Assembly (NCBI GenBank): GCA_028286505.1
Contig: JAQBRK010000024.1
Span: 1-33,975 of the forward strand
Source: Parcubacteria group bacterium
GTDB lineage: Bacteria > Patescibacteriota > Minisyncoccia > Phycocordibacterales > Phycocordibacteraceae
Reading direction: 5' to 3'
Length of the DNA stretch: 33,975 bases
Shown here piece by piece: positions 1 to 8,428 of this stretch. Position 1 is the first letter of the stretch, and each line of letters starts with the position of its first letter. The position numbers and the translations under genes are program-made. Below the pieces are notes generated by a model. It was not told where the DNA came from. It ran no database searches and was given only the letters and a program-made list of their open reading frames with translations.

Positions 1-81
1 CCTAGGACCCCTTACCACAATTATTTTTTGTTCGGATAACGTACTTTTCGTTACAAAGCCTTGCTTTTACGGCCTGAACGC

Positions 82-110
82 TTGACCAAAATTGTGGTAA
101 GGGGCATACT
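82..110 (+). promoter_or_regulatory. putative sigma70-type promoter upstream of rplY (TTGACC-N17-CATACT)
   Basis: TTGACC at 82-87, a 17 nt spacer, then CATACT at 105-110, 26 nt before the ATG at 137. The spacer contains the right arm of a 15 bp inverted repeat (8-22 / 90-104). Confidence 0.35.
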
Positions 111-136
111 CCGTTTTGTAATTCAATCCTCTATAT

Positions 137-784
137 ATGTTGACTATTAATGCCATGCCCCGCACCCTGACCGGCAAAGAAGCCGGCCGCTCTCTTTCCA
201 AAGAGGGTCGCATTCCTGCCGTCGTGTACGGCCCGAAGCAGGAATCCCTTTCGCTTTCTCTTTCGCTCCATGAGTTCAAGAAAATCCTCCGCGACGCGGG
301 AGAATCATCCGTTCTCGAGCTAGTTGGACTCTCCGCACCGCTTCAGGTGCTCATTCACGACGTGGACCTGCATCCCGTAACGAGCATTCCTCGCCACGTT
401 GATTTCTACGCAATCGAAAAGGGTGCCAAGGTGGAAATCGCCGTACCGCTCAGCTTCGTCGGCGAATCGCCGGCCGTGAAGGCAGGCTCGAACCTCGTGA
501 AGGTTATGCACGAGCTCGAAATCGAGGCAGATGCCGCGAATCTTCCGCACGAACTTGAAGTTGATATTTCAAAGCTCGCAAAGGACGGCGACCAGATACA
601 CGTGAGCGACATCAAGATTCCTGCAGGCGTTACCGTCAAAGCGGAGATGGAAGACGTCGTGGCGCTCGTACAAGCTGTCGAGGAAGAGAAAGAAGAGGAT
701 ACGGCTGCTCCTGACATGGATGCCATCGAAGTTGAAGCCAAAGGCAAGGCAGAGAGTGGTGACGAAACCGAGGAAGCCGCATAA
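137..784 (+). CDS. rplY: 50S ribosomal protein L25, long Ctc-type form with acidic C-terminal tail
   Basis: 215 aa ORF. The N-terminus (RTLTGKEAGRSLSKEGRIPAVVYG) matches the L25/Ctc signature R..GK...R.LR..G.iPaVvYG. The C-terminal tail is Glu/Asp-rich. TAA stop. Confidence 0.85.
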   Translation: MLTINAMPRTLTGKEAGRSLSKEGRIPAVVYGPKQESLSLSLSLHEFKKILRDAGESSVLELVGLSAPLQVLIHDVDLHPVTSIPRHVDFYAIEKGAKVEIAVPLSFVGESPAVKAGSNLVKVMHELEIEADAANLPHELEVDISKLAKDGDQIHVSDIKIPAGVTVKAEMEDVVALVQAVEEEKEEDTAAPDMDAIEVEAKGKAESGDETEEAA

Positions 785-790
785 CAACCT

Positions 791-870
791 CATCTGCTTC
801 GTTGCGCCCTCCGGTGCTCGCTCACCGTATAGCACATACGGCTCGCTTCACTCCTCAGCCGCGCCTTGCA
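791..870 (+). repeat. intergenic hairpin-element family, copy E (downstream of rplY)
   Basis: Starts catctgcTTCGTTGCG and ends CCGCGCCTTGC, with a central hairpin CCGTAT-agcac-ATACGG (825-841). It aligns along its length with the minus-strand copy at 16458-16536 and shares both ends with the copies at 11339 and 17823. A T7 run follows at 890-896. Confidence 0.6.
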
Positions 871-907
871 TCTAAGGTCGTTCGGCATCTTTTTTTGAAA
901 GATTGAG

Positions 908-949
908 CGTAAGAAAGGCCGATTCCGACAGGAATCGGCCTTTCTTACG
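908..949 (+). terminator. perfect 19 bp stem / 4 nt loop hairpin between rplY and the next gene
   Basis: cgtaagaaaggccgattcc-gaca-ggaatcggcctttcttacg. A T7 run precedes it (890-896); no T run follows it. An extended -10 box (TGaTATAAT, 952-960) lies immediately downstream. Confidence 0.4.
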
Positions 950-969
950 TCTGATATAATGATACCTAT

Positions 970-2328
970 ATGCGTTCTCGGTTCTCTGTAGGCGGGTTGT
1001 TCGTAGGTGCGTTACTCCTTGCGCTAGCCGCTGGAGCGTTTATTCCTCACGCCATCTACGCCCAGGCTCTGACCGACGACCGTCGTGCCGCACTCCAGTC
1101 GCAGCTCAATAGTCTCGAGAAAGAAATAGCCGACAACCAGGCTACCGTTGATTCGCTCGCTAAACAGGGCAAGTCGCTTTCAACCGAAGTGCAAACCCTG
1201 AACGCACAAATTAAAAAGTCGCAGCTTCAAGTACAGGCAACGCAGGTTGCCATCAAACAACTCGATTCGAATATTACGGTCCATCAGAAAACCATAACCA
1301 CCCTCGGCGATAAGCTTTCGTCGGAAAAAGAATCGCTCGCGGAAATTTTGCGCCAGACCGACGAGATAGATCACTTCTCCATCGTCGAAGTTGCTTTCTC
1401 GACACAAAATCTTTCGAATCTGTTCAGCGACCTCGATTCCTACGTTTCCATAAAAAAATCCCTCGGAAAATCCTATACGCAGATAACGGGCATCAAGCTT
1501 CAGACCGAAGCCGAGAAGGCGACGCTCGAAGCGCAGCGTAAACAAGAGTCCGACATCGCTCAGCTGCAGATTGCCGCGAAAGCAAAAGTTCAGGACCAGC
1601 AGAACCAGAAACAGCAGCTTCTCACGCAAACGAAGGGACAGGAAAGTGCTTATAAGGCTATCGTCGCCGTTAAGCAAAAAACTGCAGCGCAGATTCGCGT
1701 TGAACTCTTCGGTCTTGCCGGAGGCTCCGGTGCCATACCGCTCGGCACCGCTATCGAATACGCAAAGACGGCGTCCCGTATTACGGGAGTACGTGCCGCG
1801 TTCATTCTCGCGATTCTTTCACAGGAATCAGACCTCGGTAAAAACGTGGGGCAGTGTCTCGTGACGGATCTTACTACCGGTGACGGAAAGGGAAAAAATA
1901 CGGGAACACCGTTCTCCGGCGTGATGAAAGCGCCGCGCGACACGGTGGTATTCAAGCGCATCATGGACGCGCTCGGACGCGATTGGTCCACGACGCCCGT
2001 TTCGTGCCCGCAACCGGGCGGGTACGGCGGCGCGATGGGTCCGACACAGTTCATTCCGTCGACCTGGACGGGTATTGAAGGTCAGCTCAAAGCCGCGCTC
2101 GGTGTCTCCGCGACCGACCCATGGAACAATTTGCATGCGATTACCGCAACGGGACTCTATCTTGCTGCCGTTGGCGGAGCGGGCGGGGGATCAGCCGCAG
2201 AACATACGGCGGCCGCAAAATACTACGCAGGAAGCAATTGGGCATCGGCAGGACAGGTGTATGCCAATAGCGTGATGAGCAAGGCGGACACCTTCCAGAA
2301 AGATATCGATACCCTTAACGGCGGATAA
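970..2328 (+). CDS. secreted coiled-coil protein with C-terminal MltB/SLT_2-like lytic transglycosylase domain
   Basis: 452 aa with an N-terminal signal peptide (…HAIYAQA). About 230 aa are Q/K/L/E-rich heptad-like sequence. The C-terminus carries ILSQESDLG…GGAMGPTQFIPSTW…DPWN..HAI.ATGLYL, resembling the ES…AGAMGq.QFmPss…D…a.AnYL motifs of lytic murein transglycosylase B. The architecture is reminiscent of PcsB/EnvC-type division hydrolases. Confidence 0.6.
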   Translation: MRSRFSVGGLFVGALLLALAAGAFIPHAIYAQALTDDRRAALQSQLNSLEKEIADNQATVDSLAKQGKSLSTEVQTLNAQIKKSQLQVQATQVAIKQLDSNITVHQKTITTLGDKLSSEKESLAEILRQTDEIDHFSIVEVAFSTQNLSNLFSDLDSYVSIKKSLGKSYTQITGIKLQTEAEKATLEAQRKQESDIAQLQIAAKAKVQDQQNQKQQLLTQTKGQESAYKAIVAVKQKTAAQIRVELFGLAGGSGAIPLGTAIEYAKTASRITGVRAAFILAILSQESDLGKNVGQCLVTDLTTGDGKGKNTGTPFSGVMKAPRDTVVFKRIMDALGRDWSTTPVSCPQPGGYGGAMGPTQFIPSTWTGIEGQLKAALGVSATDPWNNLHAITATGLYLAAVGGAGGGSAAEHTAAAKYYAGSNWASAGQVYANSVMSKADTFQKDIDTLNGG

Positions 2329-2385
2329 CGTAGTCGTATCCACACCAGTGCGAAAGAATGCTCAGGAAATGCGTATACTTACTCT

Positions 2386-3348
2386 ATGCCACCCGAGTAT
2401 ACGCTCCCTACCGCCCCGCCTTCTCCGGCTCATCGCATTGTCCGCATCGTAGCTATCGTTATAGCGGTTCTCATCGTGCTTGCGGTAGGGTATTTCTTTT
2501 TCGTACTGAACTATCAGCCGGAGCGCGCTGCAGCTGTTCGGCTTTGGGTCAGTGCGCACGTGCATCAACTCACCGACCCGAAGGAATTGAAGAATGTGGT
2601 CTACGTCCTAGCCCCTCAAGACGGAGGCCGTATATATACCGATGCCAATCCGGGGGCTTCCGCGACGGCATGGAATGTCGATCGCAATAGGACTATCAGC
2701 GATTACGCTCGTGCCGACGGCGCTGCTGCTGCCATTCTCTATACGCGCACGTCGAAGGTCTTCGAAGTTGCCAAAGATATGAAGCCGCTGGTGAGCAGCG
2801 CGAGCTTCAAACGCTCGATAGCGCTCTCACCCGACGGAACCAAGATCGCGTACGCCGAAGCCAAGGGTAATCCGGGGCTGCCGTTCTCGTGGCAGGTCGT
2901 CGTGCTCGATTCGGCTTCCGGCAAGGAATTGTATCGGGCGCCGGGGTTCACCGTGTTCTTCTTGAACGACGGCACCGTACTACGTCTGACACAACAAGGC
3001 GTCGAGCGTACGACTGTCGCAACTAAGGAAAACGCCGTGCTTCTGAAAGATGCGTCGCTTTCACCCGTAACGCGCGTTGCGCAATCAGCTGACCGCTCGC
3101 TGCTTGCGCTTACGGATCCTAAAGACGGCTACACGAAAGTGTATGGGGTATCCGCAACCGGCACGACTGTTGAAGTGAAATCACAACAGTCCATTCCGGC
3201 CGGAGGCAGTATCGCCGTATCGCCGCAATCGGTGTACTGGTTGAGCGCGACCACGAAAGGAAGCGAACTCTGGCACTATCCTCTTACGGGTGGTGACGGG
3301 AAAATGATACGCTCGTCGGACGTGATTGTTACTAAATTGGTATTTTAA
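2386..3348 (+). CDS. membrane-anchored PD40/TolB-like beta-propeller-repeat protein (paralog 1)
   Basis: 320 aa with an N-terminal TM helix (IVRIVAIVIAVLIVLAVGYFFFV). It carries a PD40-type signature KRSIALSPDGTKIAYAEAKGNPGLP…VVVLDSASGKELY. It is strongly similar to 7476-8426 and ends TKLVF-stop. The stop at 3346-3348 is 2 nt before the next ATG. Confidence 0.6.
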   Translation: MPPEYTLPTAPPSPAHRIVRIVAIVIAVLIVLAVGYFFFVLNYQPERAAAVRLWVSAHVHQLTDPKELKNVVYVLAPQDGGRIYTDANPGASATAWNVDRNRTISDYARADGAAAAILYTRTSKVFEVAKDMKPLVSSASFKRSIALSPDGTKIAYAEAKGNPGLPFSWQVVVLDSASGKELYRAPGFTVFFLNDGTVLRLTQQGVERTTVATKENAVLLKDASLSPVTRVAQSADRSLLALTDPKDGYTKVYGVSATGTTVEVKSQQSIPAGGSIAVSPQSVYWLSATTKGSELWHYPLTGGDGKMIRSSDVIVTKLVF

Positions 3349-3350
3349 GT

Positions 3351-5867
3351 ATGGTACGCATGACAACTCATTTCTCACCGCAGCTCCTGTGTTCCCTAGG
3401 TATCGGAATCGCGACCTCATTCCTCATCGTCGGTTTTTTCATGAGTCCGTTTTATGCGCATGCTGAGAATAGTGACAGTTGTACGAGCATGGGCGGTACG
3501 TATTTCCCCGATACGGGCGCATGTAATGTTCCCTGCGATAACTCAGGTGGCGGTGGCGGTACGGACCCAAGCTGTAGTGGAGGAGGCGGGGGAGGAGGCT
3601 ATGGACCTCAGCCGAGTAACTGTACGGTAGATACGACCAGCACAACAGTAGGGAGCACCGTTACATATTCGAATGATGTATCAGGTGCTACCACGTGGGG
3701 AGTGAGTGACCCCGACGGTACCTACCCTGCAACGCCGACTACCTACGCTGACGATCAAACGTTCAGTCATATCTATACGACCCCGGGTACCTATAATTCG
3801 TTCGCTTCAACGGGTGCAACCATGGGTACCTGTCCGCTCGTAACGGTTTCCGCAGCACCACCACCACCACCGCCGGTGTGTCCGGCAGGTTCGACCGGTT
3901 CACCTCCTTCTTGTGATTTCTGTCCAGCTGATCCGGGCGTGCAAGGCGACGTAGCTCAGTGCAGTATCGCGCAGCCGGATCTGACCGGCGGTAATCCGAT
4001 CCTCTCCGGCCCGCAAATAGCCGGGCAAACAGTCACGTTCTCGGGACAGGTATTCAACACCGGAGACGCCACGGCAGGAACGTTTTCCTCATACTTCAAC
4101 ATCGTGGGTCCGGCTAACGCGCTCGCGTGGACCGGTTCGGTAAGTAATCTTCCGGGACCCAACGGCAGTGCCTGGGTAGGTTCGACCCATCTTTTCACCA
4201 CACCCGGAAATTACACCGTGCAGCTTTGTGCCGATGGCAATTCCCAGGTGACCGAATCGAATGAAGGTAATAACTGCAGTTTCCCACCGGTTTCGTTCAC
4301 CATCGGACCGCCGCTTCCGACCGCTTCGCTTACCGCGAATCCGAATCCGATAGTTTCGGGCAACTCTTCTACGCTTGACTATACGTGTACCAACGCGACA
4401 TCCGCGACTATTACGGCGAGCACGGGTGCGGCTCCCGGAGCCGTTTCCGTTCAAAAGGGAACCGCGAATGTTTCTCCGACCGTTACCACTACCTATACCT
4501 TGTGGTGTACGAATTCCACCGGCTCCACCTCGGACCCCGTCACTATCTCGGTCGGAGCAGCTCCTAAGCCCGACCTCGGTGCGACCATAAGCGGAAGCGG
4601 CGTTACGGTCGGTTCGGGTCAAACGGTATCGCTTCCTATCACCGTATCCAATAACGGTGCAGGCGCTTCCTCAGGTGCGTTTTCCACGTACTATTGGGTA
4701 GACACCGACTCGGCGCATGACGCCAATCCTGCAACATGGGGAAGTCAATCGGCCGCGATAGCCGGTCCGAATCCTATGGCGGTGAATCAATCGCAGAATG
4801 CCTCAGCGAATTGGACGGCACCGTCGCTCGGTTCTGCAACGACCTACTACTATCAGGCATGTACCGATTGGCTCGGACAGATAGATGAAAGTGCTGAGGG
4901 AAATAACTGCTCAGGATGGCAGGCAGTGACTATTACGCCTACCGCCATGCCGGACCTTGTCGTTGGTGCACCGTCCCCTACATTAGTCACAGCCGGAGTT
5001 TCTACCGCGTTCAACGGTACCGTTACCAACGGCGGTGCGAGCGGTGCAACCGGTCCCATTTATTCCTACATTGAAATACAAGGACCTGGGACATTCGGCG
5101 CGGTTGGCTCGATTGCGTCACTTGCCGCGAACGCGAGTGCGGCAGTCGTGGCCAACTATGGCTTTGCAACTGCAGGAAGTTATCTCATGCGATGGTGCAC
5201 GGACAGTACGGGTGCGGTAAATGAATCCGATGAAGGTAATAACTGTAGCTTCCCGTGGACCACCATTACCGTCACGGCGCCCGCACCACCACCGGCCGCT
5301 TCCGTCACCTCCTGTACCTTCTCGCCAAGCAATCCCGCACCGAACCAGAACGTAACGTGGACGGCGGTTACGAGCGGCTTCGCACCTGCTGCCACAACGT
5401 ACACCTGGAACGTAACGGGCGGCTCGCCGGCCTCGCAATCCGGAGCGAGTAACTCCTTTACGACAAAATTCCCTTCGGCAGGCAGTAGTTACCAGCCGAG
5501 CGTGACGGCAACTAACGGCAGTCAGTCCGCAAGCGCGAACTGCAGTATTGCGAACGTCTCGGGCACGCCTTCCAGCTGTAGCTCGGCGAGTACTCCTACC
5601 ATCACCGCATCGAAGACACGTGTTACGGTAGGCGACTCGGTCACGCTTACGTACGGAGCAACCGGCATCCAGGCAGGAACCTGTAAAGTTACGGGCCCGG
5701 GAGGCACTACCCTCGCTACTACGGCAACCGCTGATAGTTCATGTAATATCGCGAACAACAGCGTTTCCACCGGTGCTATAAATGCACAAAGCACCTACAC
5801 CATCACCTGCGGTGCCGCCAAGCAAACGGTCATCGTGAACGTTATTCCGGTCTTCAAGGAGTTTTAG
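3351..5867 (+). CDS. large secreted multi-domain surface protein: Cys motif, PKD-like, 3x CARDB-like, Ig-like modules (paralog 1)
   Basis: 838 aa. The signal peptide ends AHA|EN and is followed by ENSDSCTSMGGTYFPDTGAC. A PKD-like motif is present (QTFSHIYTTPGTYN). Three modules begin PDL. and end ESNEGNNCS / ESAEGNNCS / ESDEGNNCS (near nt 4258, 4893, 5230), typical of CARDB. One Ig-like module reads SSTL…TTTYTLWC. The protein ends IPVFKEF-stop. Confidence 0.7.
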   Translation: MVRMTTHFSPQLLCSLGIGIATSFLIVGFFMSPFYAHAENSDSCTSMGGTYFPDTGACNVPCDNSGGGGGTDPSCSGGGGGGGYGPQPSNCTVDTTSTTVGSTVTYSNDVSGATTWGVSDPDGTYPATPTTYADDQTFSHIYTTPGTYNSFASTGATMGTCPLVTVSAAPPPPPPVCPAGSTGSPPSCDFCPADPGVQGDVAQCSIAQPDLTGGNPILSGPQIAGQTVTFSGQVFNTGDATAGTFSSYFNIVGPANALAWTGSVSNLPGPNGSAWVGSTHLFTTPGNYTVQLCADGNSQVTESNEGNNCSFPPVSFTIGPPLPTASLTANPNPIVSGNSSTLDYTCTNATSATITASTGAAPGAVSVQKGTANVSPTVTTTYTLWCTNSTGSTSDPVTISVGAAPKPDLGATISGSGVTVGSGQTVSLPITVSNNGAGASSGAFSTYYWVDTDSAHDANPATWGSQSAAIAGPNPMAVNQSQNASANWTAPSLGSATTYYYQACTDWLGQIDESAEGNNCSGWQAVTITPTAMPDLVVGAPSPTLVTAGVSTAFNGTVTNGGASGATGPIYSYIEIQGPGTFGAVGSIASLAANASAAVVANYGFATAGSYLMRWCTDSTGAVNESDEGNNCSFPWTTITVTAPAPPPAASVTSCTFSPSNPAPNQNVTWTAVTSGFAPAATTYTWNVTGGSPASQSGASNSFTTKFPSAGSSYQPSVTATNGSQSASANCSIANVSGTPSSCSSASTPTITASKTRVTVGDSVTLTYGATGIQAGTCKVTGPGGTTLATTATADSSCNIANNSVSTGAINAQSTYTITCGAAKQTVIVNVIPVFKEF

Positions 5868-5936
5868 TCGAACGCCGCTTTACAAGAATAGAAACGGGCC
5901 GGAACTGCCACGTTCACCGTGACGTACACTGAGGTC

Positions 5937-7454
5937 ATGATGAACCGTCAATTGATTTCCTTTAAGAACCCCTATCTATGGGCAGTACTTTCCGCGGTCG
6001 GTTGCGGCACCTCATTCTACGTGCCCCATGCGTGGCCACTCGTTTTCGTTTCGCTCGTCCCGCTGCTGCATGCGCTTCGAACGTCGGTATCAAAAAAAAC
6101 CGCCTACGCGCTCGGTTGCATCGTAGGACTCGGCATACTCGGAACGGCGACCTTCGCCTTCATTTCTGCGCGTATTCTTCCGAGCACGCTCGGTATTTCC
6201 TCACAAGAAGGAGTTGTCGCGCTTGCCGTTAGTTGGCTGCTCATACTTATAGTAACGGTACCCGTGCTCGGTCTCTGGTCGCTCGCGCTTTCGTACGTTC
6301 CCCTGCGTCACCCCCTTACCGTGGTCGCAGCATCTGTGCTCTGGGTCATTCTGGAATTCTTGCGCATGTATACGTTCAATGTCATGACGTATGCGCCGGG
6401 TATTACTAATCCACCTTTTTTCTCCGCGGGATTCCTCGGGTACGCGCTCGCGGCGAACATAAGTTACGTGCAGCTTGCGGCACTGGGCGGCGTGGCTGCA
6501 CTCAGCGCTTTTGCCGTGTTCGTGAATATGGTTCTTTATAGGAGTCTGACCTCTGTTTCGCTTACGCGAGCGGCTGTCACGACCGGTGGAATACTTTTTG
6601 TGCTCACGGTTATTGCGCTTGTCCCCCTAGCCTCATGGAGGGAACACTTTACTGAGGTGCCCACGACGGTGGTGCGTGTAGGAATCATGTCGCTCTCCTT
6701 GCCCCAGGCAACGCCTGAAGAAAGCGAACTTCAGGCATGGCACGCTCAGAGCATCGCAGCCATTTCGAAGCTTTCAGCAGAACAGCCGAACATCATTCTT
6801 CTGCCTGAAGGAGAGCATGCATACGCAACGAACTCTATGCGAGTCGGAGGCGTTCCGGATACCGCATCGGTCGTGGTCGGATCGGCTCCGGCATTTTCGC
6901 CCGACACTAAAATTCGGCTCGAGGCCTTTGAAGAGAATCTTGCGGGGACCATACGGGTGCCGCTACGCACCAAAATCATACTCATGCCCCAAGGCGAATA
7001 CTTGATAGGTCTTTTCAGAAGTGCCCTCACGCTTGCCGGCAGAGCCGACCTTGTCCGGCTTTTTGCCGGTCGCTATACGCTTGCGTCCGGAAACAAAGGT
7101 GCTGCACTCCAGGCAGGTCCCGTACATGCCTCCGTCGTGTTCTGCCTTGAAATATTCTCTCCTGATTTCGCACGAACGTTGGTGCAAGAGCAGGGAAGCA
7201 ATCTTCTGCTCGCTACCGTTTCGCACGCACGTTTCCGACCGTCGGCGCTTCTCGATACCGATACGCTACGTATGTTGCGCGTTCAAGCGGTAGCGAGCGG
7301 CGTTCCGGTCGCGCTTTCAAGTAAGGGAGCGCCGGCATTCGTACTCGACAGGTACGGACGCGTGATCAGCTACCTGTCGCTTCATGAAGGGAGCTTGTCG
7401 AGCACCGTTGTGTCGGTTGTCGTGTCCCCAGTGACGGCGCCGCTCACGCAGTAA
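5937..7454 (+). CDS. lnt: apolipoprotein N-acyltransferase (Lnt)-like: polytopic membrane domain plus C-N hydrolase domain
   Basis: About 505 aa. The N-terminal ~240 aa contain multiple hydrophobic helices. The C-terminal domain carries an Lnt-like triad context: LLPEGE, RTKIILMPQGEYL (compare K..LvPfGEy) and VVFCLEIFSP (compare iCYE..f). The ORF track starts at GTG 5919; I prefer ATG 5937 or 5940, with GAGG at 5931-5934. Confidence 0.65.
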   Translation: MMNRQLISFKNPYLWAVLSAVGCGTSFYVPHAWPLVFVSLVPLLHALRTSVSKKTAYALGCIVGLGILGTATFAFISARILPSTLGISSQEGVVALAVSWLLILIVTVPVLGLWSLALSYVPLRHPLTVVAASVLWVILEFLRMYTFNVMTYAPGITNPPFFSAGFLGYALAANISYVQLAALGGVAALSAFAVFVNMVLYRSLTSVSLTRAAVTTGGILFVLTVIALVPLASWREHFTEVPTTVVRVGIMSLSLPQATPEESELQAWHAQSIAAISKLSAEQPNIILLPEGEHAYATNSMRVGGVPDTASVVVGSAPAFSPDTKIRLEAFEENLAGTIRVPLRTKIILMPQGEYLIGLFRSALTLAGRADLVRLFAGRYTLASGNKGAALQAGPVHASVVFCLEIFSPDFARTLVQEQGSNLLLATVSHARFRPSALLDTDTLRMLRVQAVASGVPVALSSKGAPAFVLDRYGRVISYLSLHEGSLSSTVVSVVVSPVTAPLTQ

Positions 7455-7475
7455 GTGCGTATACTTAAGAAAGGT

Positions 7476-8426
7476 ATGCCGCCACTCTACCAAGTTCCGA
7501 CCCATCGAACGCCCATACCGCACCGCAATCTTCTCATTGCAGGAGCGGTTATCGTGACCCTGGCGCTGCTTGTCCTAGGGTATCTTCTCTACCTGCGCAC
7601 CTTTCATCCGGGTACCTATCTTTTCGATAAGGTACGTTTCGGGGCAGTCACCAATCAAATAGTCGCGCCGCAAGAACTGAAGAAAGCGGTGTACGTAAAT
7701 AACGGACGGCTGTATTCCGATACCTTCGTCACGGTAAAAATGCAGGACTGGCACCTCGCGACTACTACGAGCGTCATCGATTATGCTCGCACCGAGCACT
7801 CGGGAGTCATTCTGGCCTTCGATAAAACGACCAAAGAATACAAGGTGGCAACGGTAGATAAGCAACTGCTCGCTTCGGCAAAGGTGAAGCGCTCGCTCGC
7901 TCTTTCCCCGGACGGTACAAAGGTGGCGTACGCCGAAGCAAATGGAAACCCCGGGTTACCGGGCACCTGGACCGTGGTGGTTATGGATATCGCAACCGGT
8001 AAAGAACTATATCGAGCTCCCGGATTCACGGTGTTCTTCTTATCGGACGCTACGGTCATTCGGTTCACGCAGAAGGGAATCGAACGGACCAACATCGCCG
8101 ATGCTTCGTCCACGCTCCTTACCAAAAGCTTCCTGCTTTCGCCGGTCACCCGAGCGGCTCAGTCTCCAGACCGCTCATTTCTTGCATGGACTGACCCGCA
8201 AGACGGGATGACGAAGGTGTACAAGATTGGTGATGAAGGTGCCGTGCTGCAGGGAAATGCCTCTCAAGACATTCCAGCAGGCGGGAGTCTCGCCGTCTCG
8301 CCGCAGTCGCTCTATTGGCTCAACGTAACCCCGAAGGCGTCGGTGCTCTGGAGATATCCGCTCACGGGCGGGTCTGCTCAAAAAATACGCGAAGCGAACT
8401 CGTTCGCGACTAAACTAGTATTTTAA
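7476..8426 (+). CDS. membrane-anchored PD40/TolB-like beta-propeller-repeat protein (paralog 2)
   Basis: Paralog of 2386-3348: KRSLALSPDGTKVAYAEANGNPGLP…VVVMDIATGKELYRAPGFTVFFL. It ends TKLVF-stop. ATG 7476 gives MPPLYQVP, matching the paralog's MPPEYTLP. The ORF track's GTG at 7455 abuts the lnt stop. Confidence 0.6.
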   Translation: MPPLYQVPTHRTPIPHRNLLIAGAVIVTLALLVLGYLLYLRTFHPGTYLFDKVRFGAVTNQIVAPQELKKAVYVNNGRLYSDTFVTVKMQDWHLATTTSVIDYARTEHSGVILAFDKTTKEYKVATVDKQLLASAKVKRSLALSPDGTKVAYAEANGNPGLPGTWTVVVMDIATGKELYRAPGFTVFFLSDATVIRFTQKGIERTNIADASSTLLTKSFLLSPVTRAAQSPDRSFLAWTDPQDGMTKVYKIGDEGAVLQGNASQDIPAGGSLAVSPQSLYWLNVTPKASVLWRYPLTGGSAQKIREANSFATKLVF

Positions 8427-8428
8427 TT

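Noticed and set aside
3277-3294. YPLTGG near the C-terminus of both PD40 paralogs (also 8355-8372) as an LPXTG-type sortase signal
   Set aside because: The 18 residues that follow (for example DGKMIRSSDVIVTKLVF) are not a hydrophobic membrane span and have no basic tail. The proteins are already anchored by an N-terminal TM helix. The conserved P.TG is noted but not called.
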